From assembly GCA_040767965.1 (NCBI GenBank), contig JAXGNR010000004.1:256001-320000 (forward strand): 64,000 bases of DNA. Reading direction: 5' to 3'. Below are positions 1 through 9,780 of this stretch, piece by piece (position 1 is the first letter of the stretch; each line of letters opens with the position of its first letter). The notes beneath the pieces are model-generated. The model was given only the letters and a program-made list of their open reading frames with translations. It searched no databases and was not told the origin of the DNA. The DNA comes from Atribacterota bacterium. GTDB taxonomy: Bacteria; Atribacterota; Phoenicimicrobiia; Phoenicimicrobiales; Stramentimicrobiaceae. Position numbers and translations under genes: made by a program.

Positions 1-662
1 TTATTGGCCTTGTTGTAGAGAGGATTGCTTACCGCCCAATCTATGCCACAGGGCGCCTGCCAGCGGTGGTTTCTGCATTGGGTGTATCAATTTTTTTACA
101 AAATGCTATTATGGTTATTTGGGGTGCTCGTCCACAGGCATATACATCTAATGTTATTCCGAGTTATATATTAACAATTGCCGGATTAAGAATAAACGTA
201 CTACAAATCATTATTCTGCTTTTATCATTCCTGCTAATGGGAATTTTGTATTATATTGTCCAAAAAACAACCTTTGGAGCTGCTATACGGGCCTGTGCGC
301 TGGATAGAGAAGCAGCTGCATTGATGGGGATTAACATTAATTTAATAATATTTTTTATTTTTGCTCTTGGTCCTGCATTAGGAGGAACAGCAGGTGTTAT
401 GGTAGGGATATACTATCGCAGGATAAGTTTTATTATGGGTTGGAATTATGGGTTAAAAGCCTTTACAGCTACCATATTAGGTGGTATTGGAAATATTCCT
501 GGTGCTATGCTAGGAGGGCTGTTGCTTGGACTGCTGGAAATGATTGGATCTACTTATATTTCTACAGCTTATAAAGATGTCTTTGTTTTTCTGGTATTGA
601 TACTGGTATTGATTTTTAGACCAAGAGGAATTCTTGGAGAAAAAATTGCTGAGAAAGTGTAA
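1..662 (+). CDS. livH: Branched-chain amino acid ABC transporter permease (5' truncated by window edge)
   Basis: Frame is open from position 3 (IGLVVERIAYRP...). Hydrophobic, with GAAIRACALDREAAALMGIN and ILGGIGNIPGAMLGG motifs. First of a liv cluster. Confidence 0.92.
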   Translation, partial: IGLVVERIAYRPIYATGRLPAVVSALGVSIFLQNAIMVIWGARPQAYTSNVIPSYILTIAGLRINVLQIIILLLSFLLMGILYYIVQKTTFGAAIRACALDREAAALMGININLIIFFIFALGPALGGTAGVMVGIYYRRISFIMGWNYGLKAFTATILGGIGNIPGAMLGGLLLGLLEMIGSTYISTAYKDVFVFLVLILVLIFRPRGILGEKIAEKV

Positions 663-669
663 GGTGGCA

Positions 670-1677
670 ATGAATATTGAAAATTATTTTAAAAAATCTA
701 ATAATTTATCCCTTAAAAATAAGATTATTGTGTTATTGCTAATTTTTTTATTCTTATTATTTCCAGTTTTGATTAAAAATAATTATATAATAGATGTTGC
801 CTTTTTCTTTGGGTTATATACTTTATTAGGTTTAAGTTTAAATATAGTTTTAGGAGAGGTGGGTTTATTTGATTTAGGGCATATGGGCTTTGCTGCCATA
901 GGGGCTTATACTACTGCTATTTTAAATACCACTTTTAATGTGCCTGTTCTGCTTTTATTACCAGTAAGTGCAATATCAGCAGGTATTTTTGCTTATTTAG
1001 TCTGTTCTCCTATTATTCATCTAAGAGGAGACTACTTATGTATTGTAACTATTGGTATGGGAGAAATCATAAGACTCACTTTAATCAATAATCCTTTTGG
1101 TATTACCGGTGGTCCAAATGGAGTATTTGGGATTACCTTTCCTGCAATAGGAAGTTTACTTGTAATCAATAATTCTGTTAAATTCTATTATTTTATTTGG
1201 ATTATAGTTGGCTTGACTGTAATTGCTTTAATCAGGCTGCAAGATTCCAGAATCGGAAGAGCGTGGAATTATATCAGAGAAGACATAGTTGCAGCAGAAG
1301 CATCAGGGGTTGATGTCCGATACTATAAGTTGTTAGCTTTTGTATTAGGTGCAGCTCTAGCTGGTATAGCCGGAAATATCTATGCAAGTAAATTGATGAT
1401 TGTATCTCCGGACAGCTTCACTTTCATGGAATCATGTTTGCTGTTTTGTATTGTGTTAATTGGCGGCATGGGGTCAATTCCTGGAATATTTATAGGTGCT
1501 GCTGCTATTTCTCTTTTTCCGGAAATATTTCAAACATTTGCCCAGTATCGAATGTTGATTTTCGGAATCGTAATGATAATGATGATGATATTTCGCCCCG
1601 GTGGTGTTTGGCCTAGAAAAAGAGGCAAAATGCAAACAGAATCAATCTTAGTGAATTCAGAGCAGAATGAAATCTAG
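670..1677 (+). CDS. livM: Branched-chain amino acid ABC transporter permease
   Basis: LRGDYLCIVTIGMGEI, TGGPNG and SRIGRAW..IRED motifs. ATG at 670 follows AAGGTG. Confidence 0.92.
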   Translation: MNIENYFKKSNNLSLKNKIIVLLLIFLFLLFPVLIKNNYIIDVAFFFGLYTLLGLSLNIVLGEVGLFDLGHMGFAAIGAYTTAILNTTFNVPVLLLLPVSAISAGIFAYLVCSPIIHLRGDYLCIVTIGMGEIIRLTLINNPFGITGGPNGVFGITFPAIGSLLVINNSVKFYYFIWIIVGLTVIALIRLQDSRIGRAWNYIREDIVAAEASGVDVRYYKLLAFVLGAALAGIAGNIYASKLMIVSPDSFTFMESCLLFCIVLIGGMGSIPGIFIGAAAISLFPEIFQTFAQYRMLIFGIVMIMMMIFRPGGVWPRKRGKMQTESILVNSEQNEI

Positions 1678-1712
1678 CAAAATAGCAAATAAGTAAAACT
1701 AAGGATAAAGTA

Positions 1713-2504
1713 ATGATTAGAAATATTGAAAATATTTTAGAAACAAAAAAATTAACAAAAATATTTGGTGGGTTGATCGCGGTCAATAAAATTGATTTAC
1801 AGATAGCCAAGGGTAAAATCAGCAGCATCATTGGGCCTAATGGGGCTGGAAAGACTACTGTTTTTAATGTAATTACTGGTATATACCAACCTGATGAAGG
1901 TGAATATTTCTTTAAAGGAGAGCATTTAATAAAATTGAAACCACATCAAATACTTGCCAAAGGAGTTGCTCGTACCTTTCAGAATATCAGGCTTTTTAAA
2001 AATATGACTTGTTTGGAGAATGTAATGGCCGGTCAACATGCAAGAAGTGGTTCAGGTATGTGGTCTTCTATCTTTAAATTACCCTCTCAATGTCGAGAAG
2101 AGAAGGAAATACAAAAAATTGCTGAAAATAAATTAAAACAGGTTGGGCTTTATTCGTATAAACATGAGTTAGCTAAAAATATATCCTATGGTAATCAAAG
2201 AATGCTGGAGATTGCCAGGGCTTTGGCTAGCAATCCGGATTTGCTTATTCTAGATGAACCAAGTAGTGGGCTCAATGATAAAGAGTCTGAAGACCTGATG
2301 AAATTTCTTAAAAACCTCCTTAAATCTGATCTGACTATCTTGCTCATTGAGCATGATATGAATGTGGTGATGGGTATTTCAGATTGGATTACAGTTATGG
2401 ATGAAGGAAAGAAAATTGCTGAAGGGAAGCCAGAAGCTGTTTACAACAATCCTATTGTTATTGAAGCTTATTTGGGGAAAGAAGAAGAGGAGGAGGATTA
2501 TTAA
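1713..2504 (+). CDS. livG: Branched-chain amino acid ABC transporter ATP-binding protein
   Basis: Walker A GPNGAGKTT, ARTFQNIRLF, LILDEP, LIEHDM, C-terminal VIEAYLG. Confidence 0.93.
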   Translation: MIRNIENILETKKLTKIFGGLIAVNKIDLQIAKGKISSIIGPNGAGKTTVFNVITGIYQPDEGEYFFKGEHLIKLKPHQILAKGVARTFQNIRLFKNMTCLENVMAGQHARSGSGMWSSIFKLPSQCREEKEIQKIAENKLKQVGLYSYKHELAKNISYGNQRMLEIARALASNPDLLILDEPSSGLNDKESEDLMKFLKNLLKSDLTILLIEHDMNVVMGISDWITVMDEGKKIAEGKPEAVYNNPIVIEAYLGKEEEEEDY

Positions 2505-2505
2505 T

Positions 2506-3249
2506 TTGCAGGGCAACTTATTGGATATTACAAATTTAAATGTTTACTATGATTCAGTGCAAGCTTTAAAAAGTGTTTCTCTATATGTTGCACGAGGTGA
2601 AATTGTCAGTGTTTTGGGTGCTAACGGTGCAGGCAAGAGTACTTTGCTGAGAGCTTTAACAGGGCTGGTCCCGGTAAAACAAGGAACAATTATTTTTCAG
2701 CAAAAATCTATTGTAAAAACTGATACCTACAAGATAGCTATTGCAGGAATTTCACATGTTCCTGAAGGCAGGAGGATATTTTCAACACTGACAGTAGAAG
2801 AAAATCTTAATTTGGGGGCTTTTAATAAAAGAGGAGATATAAAAGCTGTTACAAAAAGAAAAAATCGGGTTTATGATTTATTCCCAATACTTCTGGAGAG
2901 AAAAGAGCAGTTAGCAGGAACTTTATCAGGAGGAGAACAGCAAATGCTTGCGATAGGAAGGGGTCTTATGAGCGATCCCCAGCTGTTGCTATTAGACGAG
3001 CCTTCATTAGGTTTGGCACCTCTTCTTGTAAAACATATTTTTAAAATAATAAAAGAGATTAACCAGCAGGGCGTGTCGATTCTCCTGGTAGAGCAGAATG
3101 CCAGAAAAGCCTTATCAATTTCCCAAAGAGCTTATGTTTTAGAAACCGGAAGAATAACTATAAGTGGCTTTTCAGCAGAATTAAAAAACAACCAAAAAAT
3201 ACAGGAAGCCTATTTGGGAGGAGTAACTTTAAAAAAGCAACTGATATAA
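2506..3249 (+). CDS. livF: Branched-chain amino acid ABC transporter ATP-binding protein
   Basis: GANGAGKST, VPEGRRIF, LSGGEQQMLAIGR, LLDEPSLGLAP. Likely TTG start at 2506 after GAGGAGGAGG. Confidence 0.93.
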   Translation: MQGNLLDITNLNVYYDSVQALKSVSLYVARGEIVSVLGANGAGKSTLLRALTGLVPVKQGTIIFQQKSIVKTDTYKIAIAGISHVPEGRRIFSTLTVEENLNLGAFNKRGDIKAVTKRKNRVYDLFPILLERKEQLAGTLSGGEQQMLAIGRGLMSDPQLLLLDEPSLGLAPLLVKHIFKIIKEINQQGVSILLVEQNARKALSISQRAYVLETGRITISGFSAELKNNQKIQEAYLGGVTLKKQLI

Positions 3250-3344
3250 TTTAATAACACTCTTGGTTGACCGGGATCATAAAAATTAAAACTGGAGTCT
3301 AACTATGTTGTTTGTGGTTTTGAGTTTTAATAATTTTAATTTAA

Positions 3345-3373
3345 TTGAAAAAAAGAGGCTTTTTTGCTATATT
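3345..3373 (+). promoter_or_regulatory. Putative sigma70-type promoter of phoU-yggT-divIVA
   Basis: TTGAAA-17 nt-TATATT with TGn extended -10. Confidence 0.45.
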
Positions 3374-3419
3374 ATATGAAAGTTATTCTAATTAATCTCA
3401 CTTACAAAAAGGATAACAA

Positions 3420-4130
3420 ATGAACCAGTATAATAATAATGAAGATAAAGAATTAATTTCTATATTTGATACAGAATTATCTGATTTAAAAAACAATTTA
3501 GTTAAAATGTCAAATATGGTTCAAAACTCTTTAGAGAGGGCAATTCAATCTTTGGTTAAAAAGGATTGTGACCTGGCACAGCAGGTAATCGAAGATGATG
3601 AAAAGGTTGATCGCATAGAGCTTGATATTGAAGAACAATGTCTGCAACTGATTGCCTTAAAGCATCCTGTATCTAAAAAATTAAGGATAATAACCTGTGC
3701 CATGAAGGCAATTGCAGAATTAGAAAGAGTTGGTGATAGAGCTACCAATATTGCTGCGGCAAGTTCATATTTAGCCTCGAAACCTTTAGTGAAACCTTTG
3801 GTCGATATACCTAGAATGGCTGAAATAGCTAAAAATATGTTACACAACAGTCTAGATGCTTATTTAAGAGGTGATGTAGCTTTAGCCAGGGAAGTATGGG
3901 AAAAAGATAAATTAGTCGATCAAATAAATCAACAAATATTTCGTGAACTGCTTACTTTTATGTTAGAAGATCCGCATACGATCAGCAGAGCTATCCATTT
4001 AATATTTATTTCAGATAATCTGGAAAGAATTGGAGATCATGCCGGAAATTTAGCAGAAAGGGTAGTTTATATAGTGGAAGGACAAAGAATGAAAGACAAA
4101 ATAGAGAGAATACATGAGGAAATTGAATAG
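3420..4130 (+). CDS. phoU: Phosphate signalling/transport regulator PhoU
   Basis: Two PhoU repeats with ELERVGDRATNIA and LERIGDHAGNLAE; KPLVDIPRMAE. Confidence 0.93.
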   Translation: MNQYNNNEDKELISIFDTELSDLKNNLVKMSNMVQNSLERAIQSLVKKDCDLAQQVIEDDEKVDRIELDIEEQCLQLIALKHPVSKKLRIITCAMKAIAELERVGDRATNIAAASSYLASKPLVKPLVDIPRMAEIAKNMLHNSLDAYLRGDVALAREVWEKDKLVDQINQQIFRELLTFMLEDPHTISRAIHLIFISDNLERIGDHAGNLAERVVYIVEGQRMKDKIERIHEEIE

Positions 4131-4400
4131 ATGTATATATTAATTAATGTTATTAATTTTATTTTTAGAATATATGGTTATTTCATTATTGCCCGGATTT
4201 TCCTTTCCTGGGTTCCGGTTGATCGATCTAACCCAATAATAAGATTTATATATAGAGTAACCGAACCTATCCTGGCACCTTTCCGCATTATCTTGCCTTT
4301 GGGGGGAGTAGGGATAGATTTATCACCAGTTATAGTATTTTTCTTACTTAGCCTATTAAGAACATCCTTAATAAGACTTATTGTCAATTTATATTATTAG
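4131..4400 (+). CDS. yggT: YggT/YlmG family membrane protein
   Basis: LSWV..NP..RFIYRVTEPILAPFR..GGVGIDLSP signature. Confidence 0.92.
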   Translation: MYILINVINFIFRIYGYFIIARIFLSWVPVDRSNPIIRFIYRVTEPILAPFRIILPLGGVGIDLSPVIVFFLLSLLRTSLIRLIVNLYY

Positions 4401-4470
4401 TTTTAAATTAATAAATTACTTATATTCTTATAAGTGAATTATTAGTCAGCCAGTAAAAGGAGGGCGATTA

Positions 4471-5064
4471 ATGAAAATTACCCCAATGGATATAGAACAA
4501 CAACAGTTTGGCAGATCTTTTAGAGGATATAACGAAGAAGAAGTTGACGATTTTTTGGATCGTATTGCTAAAGACTATGAAGAAGTTTTAAATGAAAACA
4601 TAAAGCTTAAAGAGGAATTAGAAAGGCTCCAATCTAGAATTGAAGAATACTCTAAAATGGATGAAACACTGAGAAGCGCTTTAGTAAATGCCCAAAAAAG
4701 CGCAGCCAATATAAAAGATAATGTTGAAAGAGAAGCACAGGTTGTTATCGAAAATGCCAGGATTGAAGCAGAAAGAATCAAACAAAAAGCCAGTCAAGAT
4801 GTTTATGATCTCAATAATGAGATTGAAGCATTGAAAAAAAGAAAATATCTTCTTTTAGAAAAACTTAAAAATACTTTAAAATTGCATATTAGAATGCTTG
4901 ATGAAGAGAGTGCAGATGAAACGGTAATTGAAAAACCTGCTTCATATATTCAGGATAAAACAATTGAAGATTTAAAAATGAAACTTTACCCGAATGAGCA
5001 TAATCGTGAGCAAGAAGATTTTTCCGGCAAAATAAATAATACACCAGAAAAAGAGAATAGGTAG
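4471..5064 (+). CDS. divIVA: DivIVA domain cell-division protein
   Basis: MKITPMDI..F.RSFRGYNEEEVDDFLD followed by coiled coil. SD AAGGAGG. Confidence 0.92.
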   Translation: MKITPMDIEQQQFGRSFRGYNEEEVDDFLDRIAKDYEEVLNENIKLKEELERLQSRIEEYSKMDETLRSALVNAQKSAANIKDNVEREAQVVIENARIEAERIKQKASQDVYDLNNEIEALKKRKYLLLEKLKNTLKLHIRMLDEESADETVIEKPASYIQDKTIEDLKMKLYPNEHNREQEDFSGKINNTPEKENR

Positions 5065-5098
5065 TTATTTAATAAAAAGATAATTAATCGCCTGCTTC

Positions 5099-5127
5099 TT
5101 GACTGTTTTTTAAAAGAGTGATACGAT
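5099..5127 (+). promoter_or_regulatory. Putative promoter of the ileS leader
   Basis: TTGACT-17 nt-TACGAT with TGn extended -10. Confidence 0.55.
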
Positions 5128-5167
5128 TTTTTATTGTGATATTTACAAATAATAGTGCTGGTTTTTA

Positions 5168-5410
5168 AAAGAGGAATAGTAAGAAAAGTTTTTCTGAAGA
5201 TCACCTCTTTCTATTTTGACTGAAATAGAAGATAGAAGTAGGTTAAAACGGTTGTACCGATAAAACTAAACATGGGAGAATGTTATACATTCCTTCCATA
5301 AAGTTTATAATATATTGTTTTTAGAAAATGTTATAAATTTATTAAGGTGGTACCGCAAGAAATTATAACCTCTTGCCCTTTTAACGGCAAGGGGTTTTTA
5401 TTTTAGTTTT
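5168..5410 (+). ncRNA. T-box riboswitch (Ile specifier AUC), transcription-attenuation type
   Basis: Specifier ATC at 5200-5202 in an AGTA/GAA loop. T-box AAGG-TGGTACC-GCAAGA (5344-5360) pairs with TCTTGC-CCTT (5371-5380). Mutually exclusive terminator 5367-5396 with T tract. Directly upstream of ileS. Confidence 0.9.
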
Positions 5411-5433
5411 TATTTAAATAGAGGGAGTAGATT

Positions 5434-8232
5434 ATGGATTATAAAGATACGCTTAATTTACCAAAAACTGAGTTTTCCATGAAAGCCAATTTGCCTAAAG
5501 AAGAGCCAAAAATGTTGGAATTCTGGCAGAATATGGAATTAGACAAAGAATTATTAAAAAAGTACAAAGATGAAGAAAAGTTTATTTTACATGATGGACC
5601 ACCATATGCAAATGGAAATATTCATATCGGAACTGCATATAACAAAATATTAAAAGATATAATTCCCAAATATCATTGGATGAAAGGGCATAATGCTTAT
5701 TATGTTCCCGGATGGGATACTCATGGTATGCCAATTGAACATCAGGTAAGTAAGAATTTAAAAGTTACCATTCATGATATAGATCCAGTAAAGTTACGTG
5801 AAAAATGCCAGGAATATGCTAAAAAATATATCAATATTCAAATGGAAGAATTTAAGAGGTTAGGAGTTATCGCTGATTGGAAAAACCCTTATTTGACATT
5901 TCTACCTGAATATGAAGAAAAACAGATTGAAATATTTGGCCGCATGTATCAGAGGGGATATATCTATAAAGGGAAAAAAGCTGTTTATTGGTGCCCATCC
6001 TGTGAAACTGCACTGGCAGCTGCAGAAATTGAATACAATGATGAACAAAGTGATTCCATATTTGTAAAATTTCCTGTTATTGATGATGTCAAAAAAATAT
6101 TCCCAGAAGCAAGGCAAGGTGATACTTTTATTGTAATCTGGACAACAACTCCATGGACAATACCTGCGAATATGGCAATAGCTGTACATCCTGATTTTGA
6201 TTACAGTCTGGTAAAAACTGAGCAAGGATATTTGATAATGGCTTCTAAACGGGTAGAAGAAGTCATGCAGAAAAACGGTATTGAAAATTATCAGGTTTTA
6301 GCCGAGAAAAAAGGATATTTGTTTGAGAGAATAAGAGCCAAACATCCATTATTAGATCGCGAATCACTGGTAATTCTGGGTAATCATGTAACTTTAGAAG
6401 AAGGAACAGGATGTGTTCATACTGCGCCCGGTCATGGCCAAGAAGATTATGAAATCGGCATTAAATACAAGTTACCAGTAGAATCTGTCCTGGATAGCAA
6501 AGGAAGGCTCAATGAGAATTCTGGTCCTTTTAATGGTCTGAATTACCAGGAAGGCAACAAAAAGATTATTGAATCTCTGCAAGAAAAAGGATTTTTATTA
6601 GGCAAAGGGAAGATAAAACATTCTTATCCACACTGCTGGAGATGTAAAAAACCCATTCTGTTTAGGGCAACTGAACAATGGTTTGTATCAGTAGATAAAT
6701 TCAGAGAAAAATCTTTACAGGCAATTGATGAAGTGCAATGGGTTCCTTATTGGGGAAAAGAGAAAATTTATAGTATGGTGGAAGAACGTACTGATTGGTG
6801 CATTTCCCGCCAACGAGTATGGGGAGTACCTATACCTGCATTCTATTGCCAGGATTGTAATAATGTAGTTGTTACTGAGCAAACAATTGACATTGTAAAA
6901 AAATTATTTAAAGAAAAAGGTTCAAACTCCTGGTTTGCGATGAGTGCAGAAGATATTCTGCCTTCAGAATTTACCTGCCCTCATTGTCATGGTACCAAAT
7001 TTACCAAGGAAAGTGATATTATGGATGTTTGGTTTGATTCAGGCTGCAGTCATGCTGCAGTGCTACAAACCAGAGAAAACTTACATTGGCCATGCGAACT
7101 GTATCTTGAAGGAACTGATCAACATAGAGGATGGTTTCAAACTTCACTTTTAACAGCTGTTGCCAGTTTTGACAAAGCCCCTTATAAATCAGTATTAACC
7201 CATGGGTTTATAGTTGATGAAGAAGGCCGGAAGATGTCTAAATCTATTGGCAATGTAATCCCCCCCCAAAAGGTAATTGATCAATATGGTGCAGATATAC
7301 TGAGACTTTGGGTAGCATCTTCTGATTATCGGAGAGATGTTAGAATTTCCGATAAAATATTAAAGCAGCTGGTTGAAATCTATCGAAAAATCAGAAATAC
7401 CGCTCGTTTCATATTGGGTAATTTGTATGATTTCAACCCCGATATTAATAGTGTTTCTTATGAAAAATTAGAAGATATAGACCGAATTATTCTAAGCCAA
7501 TTCCAAAGCTTAATTAAAAGAACTACCGAAAACTATGATAATTATGAGTTTCATACTCTATATCATGATGTTCATAATTTTTGTACATTAAATTTGAGTT
7601 CTTTTTATCTTGATATAATTAAGGATAGATTGTATGTTCTCAATGCTGATTCATTATCCAGAAGGGCAGCCCAGACGGTTTTATATAAGATTGTTAGTGA
7701 ATTAACCAGGCTGATTGCCCCGGTGTTAAGTTTTACTGCTGAAGAAATTTGGCAAAATTTAAATAAAATTACTCAAAAAGAAGAAAGTGTTTTTCTTGCC
7801 CCATGGCCTGTAGTTGATGAGCAAATGGTACAAGTGAAAATGGAGGAAGAATGGAGCAAGCTGCTTTCAGCAAGAAAAGATGTTCTAAAAGCCCTAGAAT
7901 TATCCAGAAAAGAGGGACAAATTGGAAATGCTTTACAGGCACAAGTAAATCTAATAACAAAAGATCAGGAACTTTTTACATATTTGAATAATTTTAAAGA
8001 AAAACTGGAAACGATTTTTATAGTATCAAAAGTTGCAATAATTAAACAGGATGGGGATATTCCAGCTGAAAATATCATTCAGGGCGAGGAAATACCTGAG
8101 CTTTTCATTGTAATTAAGAAAGCTCCTGGTGATAAATGTGAAAGATGCTGGTGTTATTCTGAAAGTGTGGGAAAAGACCAGGAATATAGTGATATATGCC
8201 ATAAATGCGTTACAGTCTTAAAAGAAAACTAA
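5434..8232 (+). CDS. ileS: Isoleucine--tRNA ligase (type 1)
   Basis: LHDGPPYANGNIHIGT, WTTTPWT, DWCISRQR.WG, KMSKS, C-terminal CERCW..CHKC zinc finger. Confidence 0.98.
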   Translation: MDYKDTLNLPKTEFSMKANLPKEEPKMLEFWQNMELDKELLKKYKDEEKFILHDGPPYANGNIHIGTAYNKILKDIIPKYHWMKGHNAYYVPGWDTHGMPIEHQVSKNLKVTIHDIDPVKLREKCQEYAKKYINIQMEEFKRLGVIADWKNPYLTFLPEYEEKQIEIFGRMYQRGYIYKGKKAVYWCPSCETALAAAEIEYNDEQSDSIFVKFPVIDDVKKIFPEARQGDTFIVIWTTTPWTIPANMAIAVHPDFDYSLVKTEQGYLIMASKRVEEVMQKNGIENYQVLAEKKGYLFERIRAKHPLLDRESLVILGNHVTLEEGTGCVHTAPGHGQEDYEIGIKYKLPVESVLDSKGRLNENSGPFNGLNYQEGNKKIIESLQEKGFLLGKGKIKHSYPHCWRCKKPILFRATEQWFVSVDKFREKSLQAIDEVQWVPYWGKEKIYSMVEERTDWCISRQRVWGVPIPAFYCQDCNNVVVTEQTIDIVKKLFKEKGSNSWFAMSAEDILPSEFTCPHCHGTKFTKESDIMDVWFDSGCSHAAVLQTRENLHWPCELYLEGTDQHRGWFQTSLLTAVASFDKAPYKSVLTHGFIVDEEGRKMSKSIGNVIPPQKVIDQYGADILRLWVASSDYRRDVRISDKILKQLVEIYRKIRNTARFILGNLYDFNPDINSVSYEKLEDIDRIILSQFQSLIKRTTENYDNYEFHTLYHDVHNFCTLNLSSFYLDIIKDRLYVLNADSLSRRAAQTVLYKIVSELTRLIAPVLSFTAEEIWQNLNKITQKEESVFLAPWPVVDEQMVQVKMEEEWSKLLSARKDVLKALELSRKEGQIGNALQAQVNLITKDQELFTYLNNFKEKLETIFIVSKVAIIKQDGDIPAENIIQGEEIPELFIVIKKAPGDKCERCWCYSESVGKDQEYSDICHKCVTVLKEN

Positions 8233-8249
8233 TTATAAATGGGTAAAAG

Positions 8250-8768
8250 ATGGTTGTAAAAAAGAAGCGAAAACAAAACAATAGAACAACAATATTCTTT
8301 TTGATGGGAGTATTTTTAATTACCTTTTTTGACCAATTTACTAAGATATTAGTACAATCAAAAATGGATTTAATGGATTCGATTCCGGTAATAAAAGGAA
8401 TATTCCATATAACCTATATCCTTAATCCTAATTCTTCTTTTGGTTTGCTAAAATTCCCAAGTGCAGTATTTGCTGTTATTATTATAATAGTAAATTTGCT
8501 GATTATTTTTTTGTTGCGCAAAAAAATATCCAAGGAGAATAAATTAGTGTATTTTTCTCTTATTTTTATTTTGGGAGGCTCTTTGGGTAATATGATAGAT
8601 CGGCTTAGAGTGGGCAGTGTAATAGATTTTCTAGATTTCAGGATATGGCCTATTTTCAATATTGCTGACTCGGCAATTAATATAGGCTTATTACTGCTTA
8701 TTATTCACTTTTTGTTTCATAAGGAAGAAGAATTAAAAGAAGATGAATTTCTAGAAGAAGATCTATAA
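8250..8768 (+). CDS. lspA: Lipoprotein signal peptidase II
   Basis: DQFTK, GGSLGNMIDR, VIDFLD, FNIADSAI motifs. Confidence 0.95.
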   Translation: MVVKKKRKQNNRTTIFFLMGVFLITFFDQFTKILVQSKMDLMDSIPVIKGIFHITYILNPNSSFGLLKFPSAVFAVIIIIVNLLIIFLLRKKISKENKLVYFSLIFILGGSLGNMIDRLRVGSVIDFLDFRIWPIFNIADSAINIGLLLLIIHFLFHKEEELKEDEFLEEDL

Positions 8769-8837
8769 GACAAAAATGGATAAGCTTGAATAAAAATATA
8801 TGGTTAATATAATATCAAAACATATGAGGTAGTAGAT

Positions 8838-9770
8838 ATATTAAATCTGTCTGATATCAAAAAAATTGTATATTCCGCTGATATAAATACCAGGGTCGAT
8901 TCTTTTTTAGCCAAAGAAATTGGTCTAGATTTTTCAAGAAGCAGGATAAAAGAATTAATTGAACAAGGGGATATATCTGTTAATGGCGAAAAAATAAAAG
9001 CTAGTTATTTATTAAAAAAATCTGATTTGATAACAATAAAATTACCTGAGCAGAAAAATTTAACTCTGCAGCCAGAAAATATCCCTTTGAATATTTATTA
9101 TGAAGACGAACATATGCTGATAATCGATAAAAGTGCCGGCATGATTGTCCATCCTGCAGGGAAAGTGAATACCGGCACTCTTGTCAATGCTTTACTTTAT
9201 CACTGTCAAGGGAAATTACCTGGGATAAATGGCGTAAATCGTCCCGGAATTGTACATCGTTTAGACAAAGAGACATCAGGTTTGATGATGGTAGCAAAAA
9301 CAGAAAAAGCCCATCATCTTCTTACAGAACAAATCAAAGATAGAAAGATAATAAAAAAATATCTGGCTTTAGTTTATGGAACTGTAAAAGATCAGGCCGG
9401 CTATATTGAAGCTCCTATCGGCAGAGATAAAAAACATCGCAATAAAATGGATGTTTCCAACATAGCCAGTCGAGATGCGAAAACGTATTTTGAGGTTGTT
9501 AAACATTTTGCTGATTTTACATTATTATTGTTACAACTTTATACAGGCCGTACTCATCAGATAAGAGTTCACTTAAAATATATTGGCTATCCTGTTGTGG
9601 GAGACAAAGTATATGGTTTACGCAAAGAAAACCGCCAAAAGATTAGTATAAAAAGACAAGCACTGCATTCTCATTATTTGCAGCTATTCCATCCTATTTC
9701 AGGGCAAAACATGAGCTTTACTTCATCTTTACCTAAAGATATGACTGAACAGATTAACTTGCTTATCTGA
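8838..9770 (+). CDS. rluD: RluA/RluD family pseudouridine synthase with N-terminal S4 domain (start codon uncertain)
   Basis: RPGIVHRLDKETSG, TGRTHQIRVH, RQALHS. Frame is open upstream of the track start (9027) to 8808 and encodes an S4 domain (RVDSFLA..FSRSRIKELIEQGDISVNG). No ATG/GTG/TTG occurs there; ATA 8838 or CTG 8847 are proposed. Confidence 0.88.
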   Translation: MLNLSDIKKIVYSADINTRVDSFLAKEIGLDFSRSRIKELIEQGDISVNGEKIKASYLLKKSDLITIKLPEQKNLTLQPENIPLNIYYEDEHMLIIDKSAGMIVHPAGKVNTGTLVNALLYHCQGKLPGINGVNRPGIVHRLDKETSGLMMVAKTEKAHHLLTEQIKDRKIIKKYLALVYGTVKDQAGYIEAPIGRDKKHRNKMDVSNIASRDAKTYFEVVKHFADFTLLLLQLYTGRTHQIRVHLKYIGYPVVGDKVYGLRKENRQKISIKRQALHSHYLQLFHPISGQNMSFTSSLPKDMTEQINLLI

Positions 9771-9780
9771 ATCCCATCAA

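Noticed and set aside
5134-5148. TTGTGATATTTACAA as a Rex/CRP-like site
   Set aside because: Half-site spacing does not fit either consensus, and such sequences are easily generated by chance at this AT content.
5620-5640. HIGT instead of HIGH in IleRS
   Set aside because: Thr at this position is a common variant in type 1 IleRS; KMSKS is intact.
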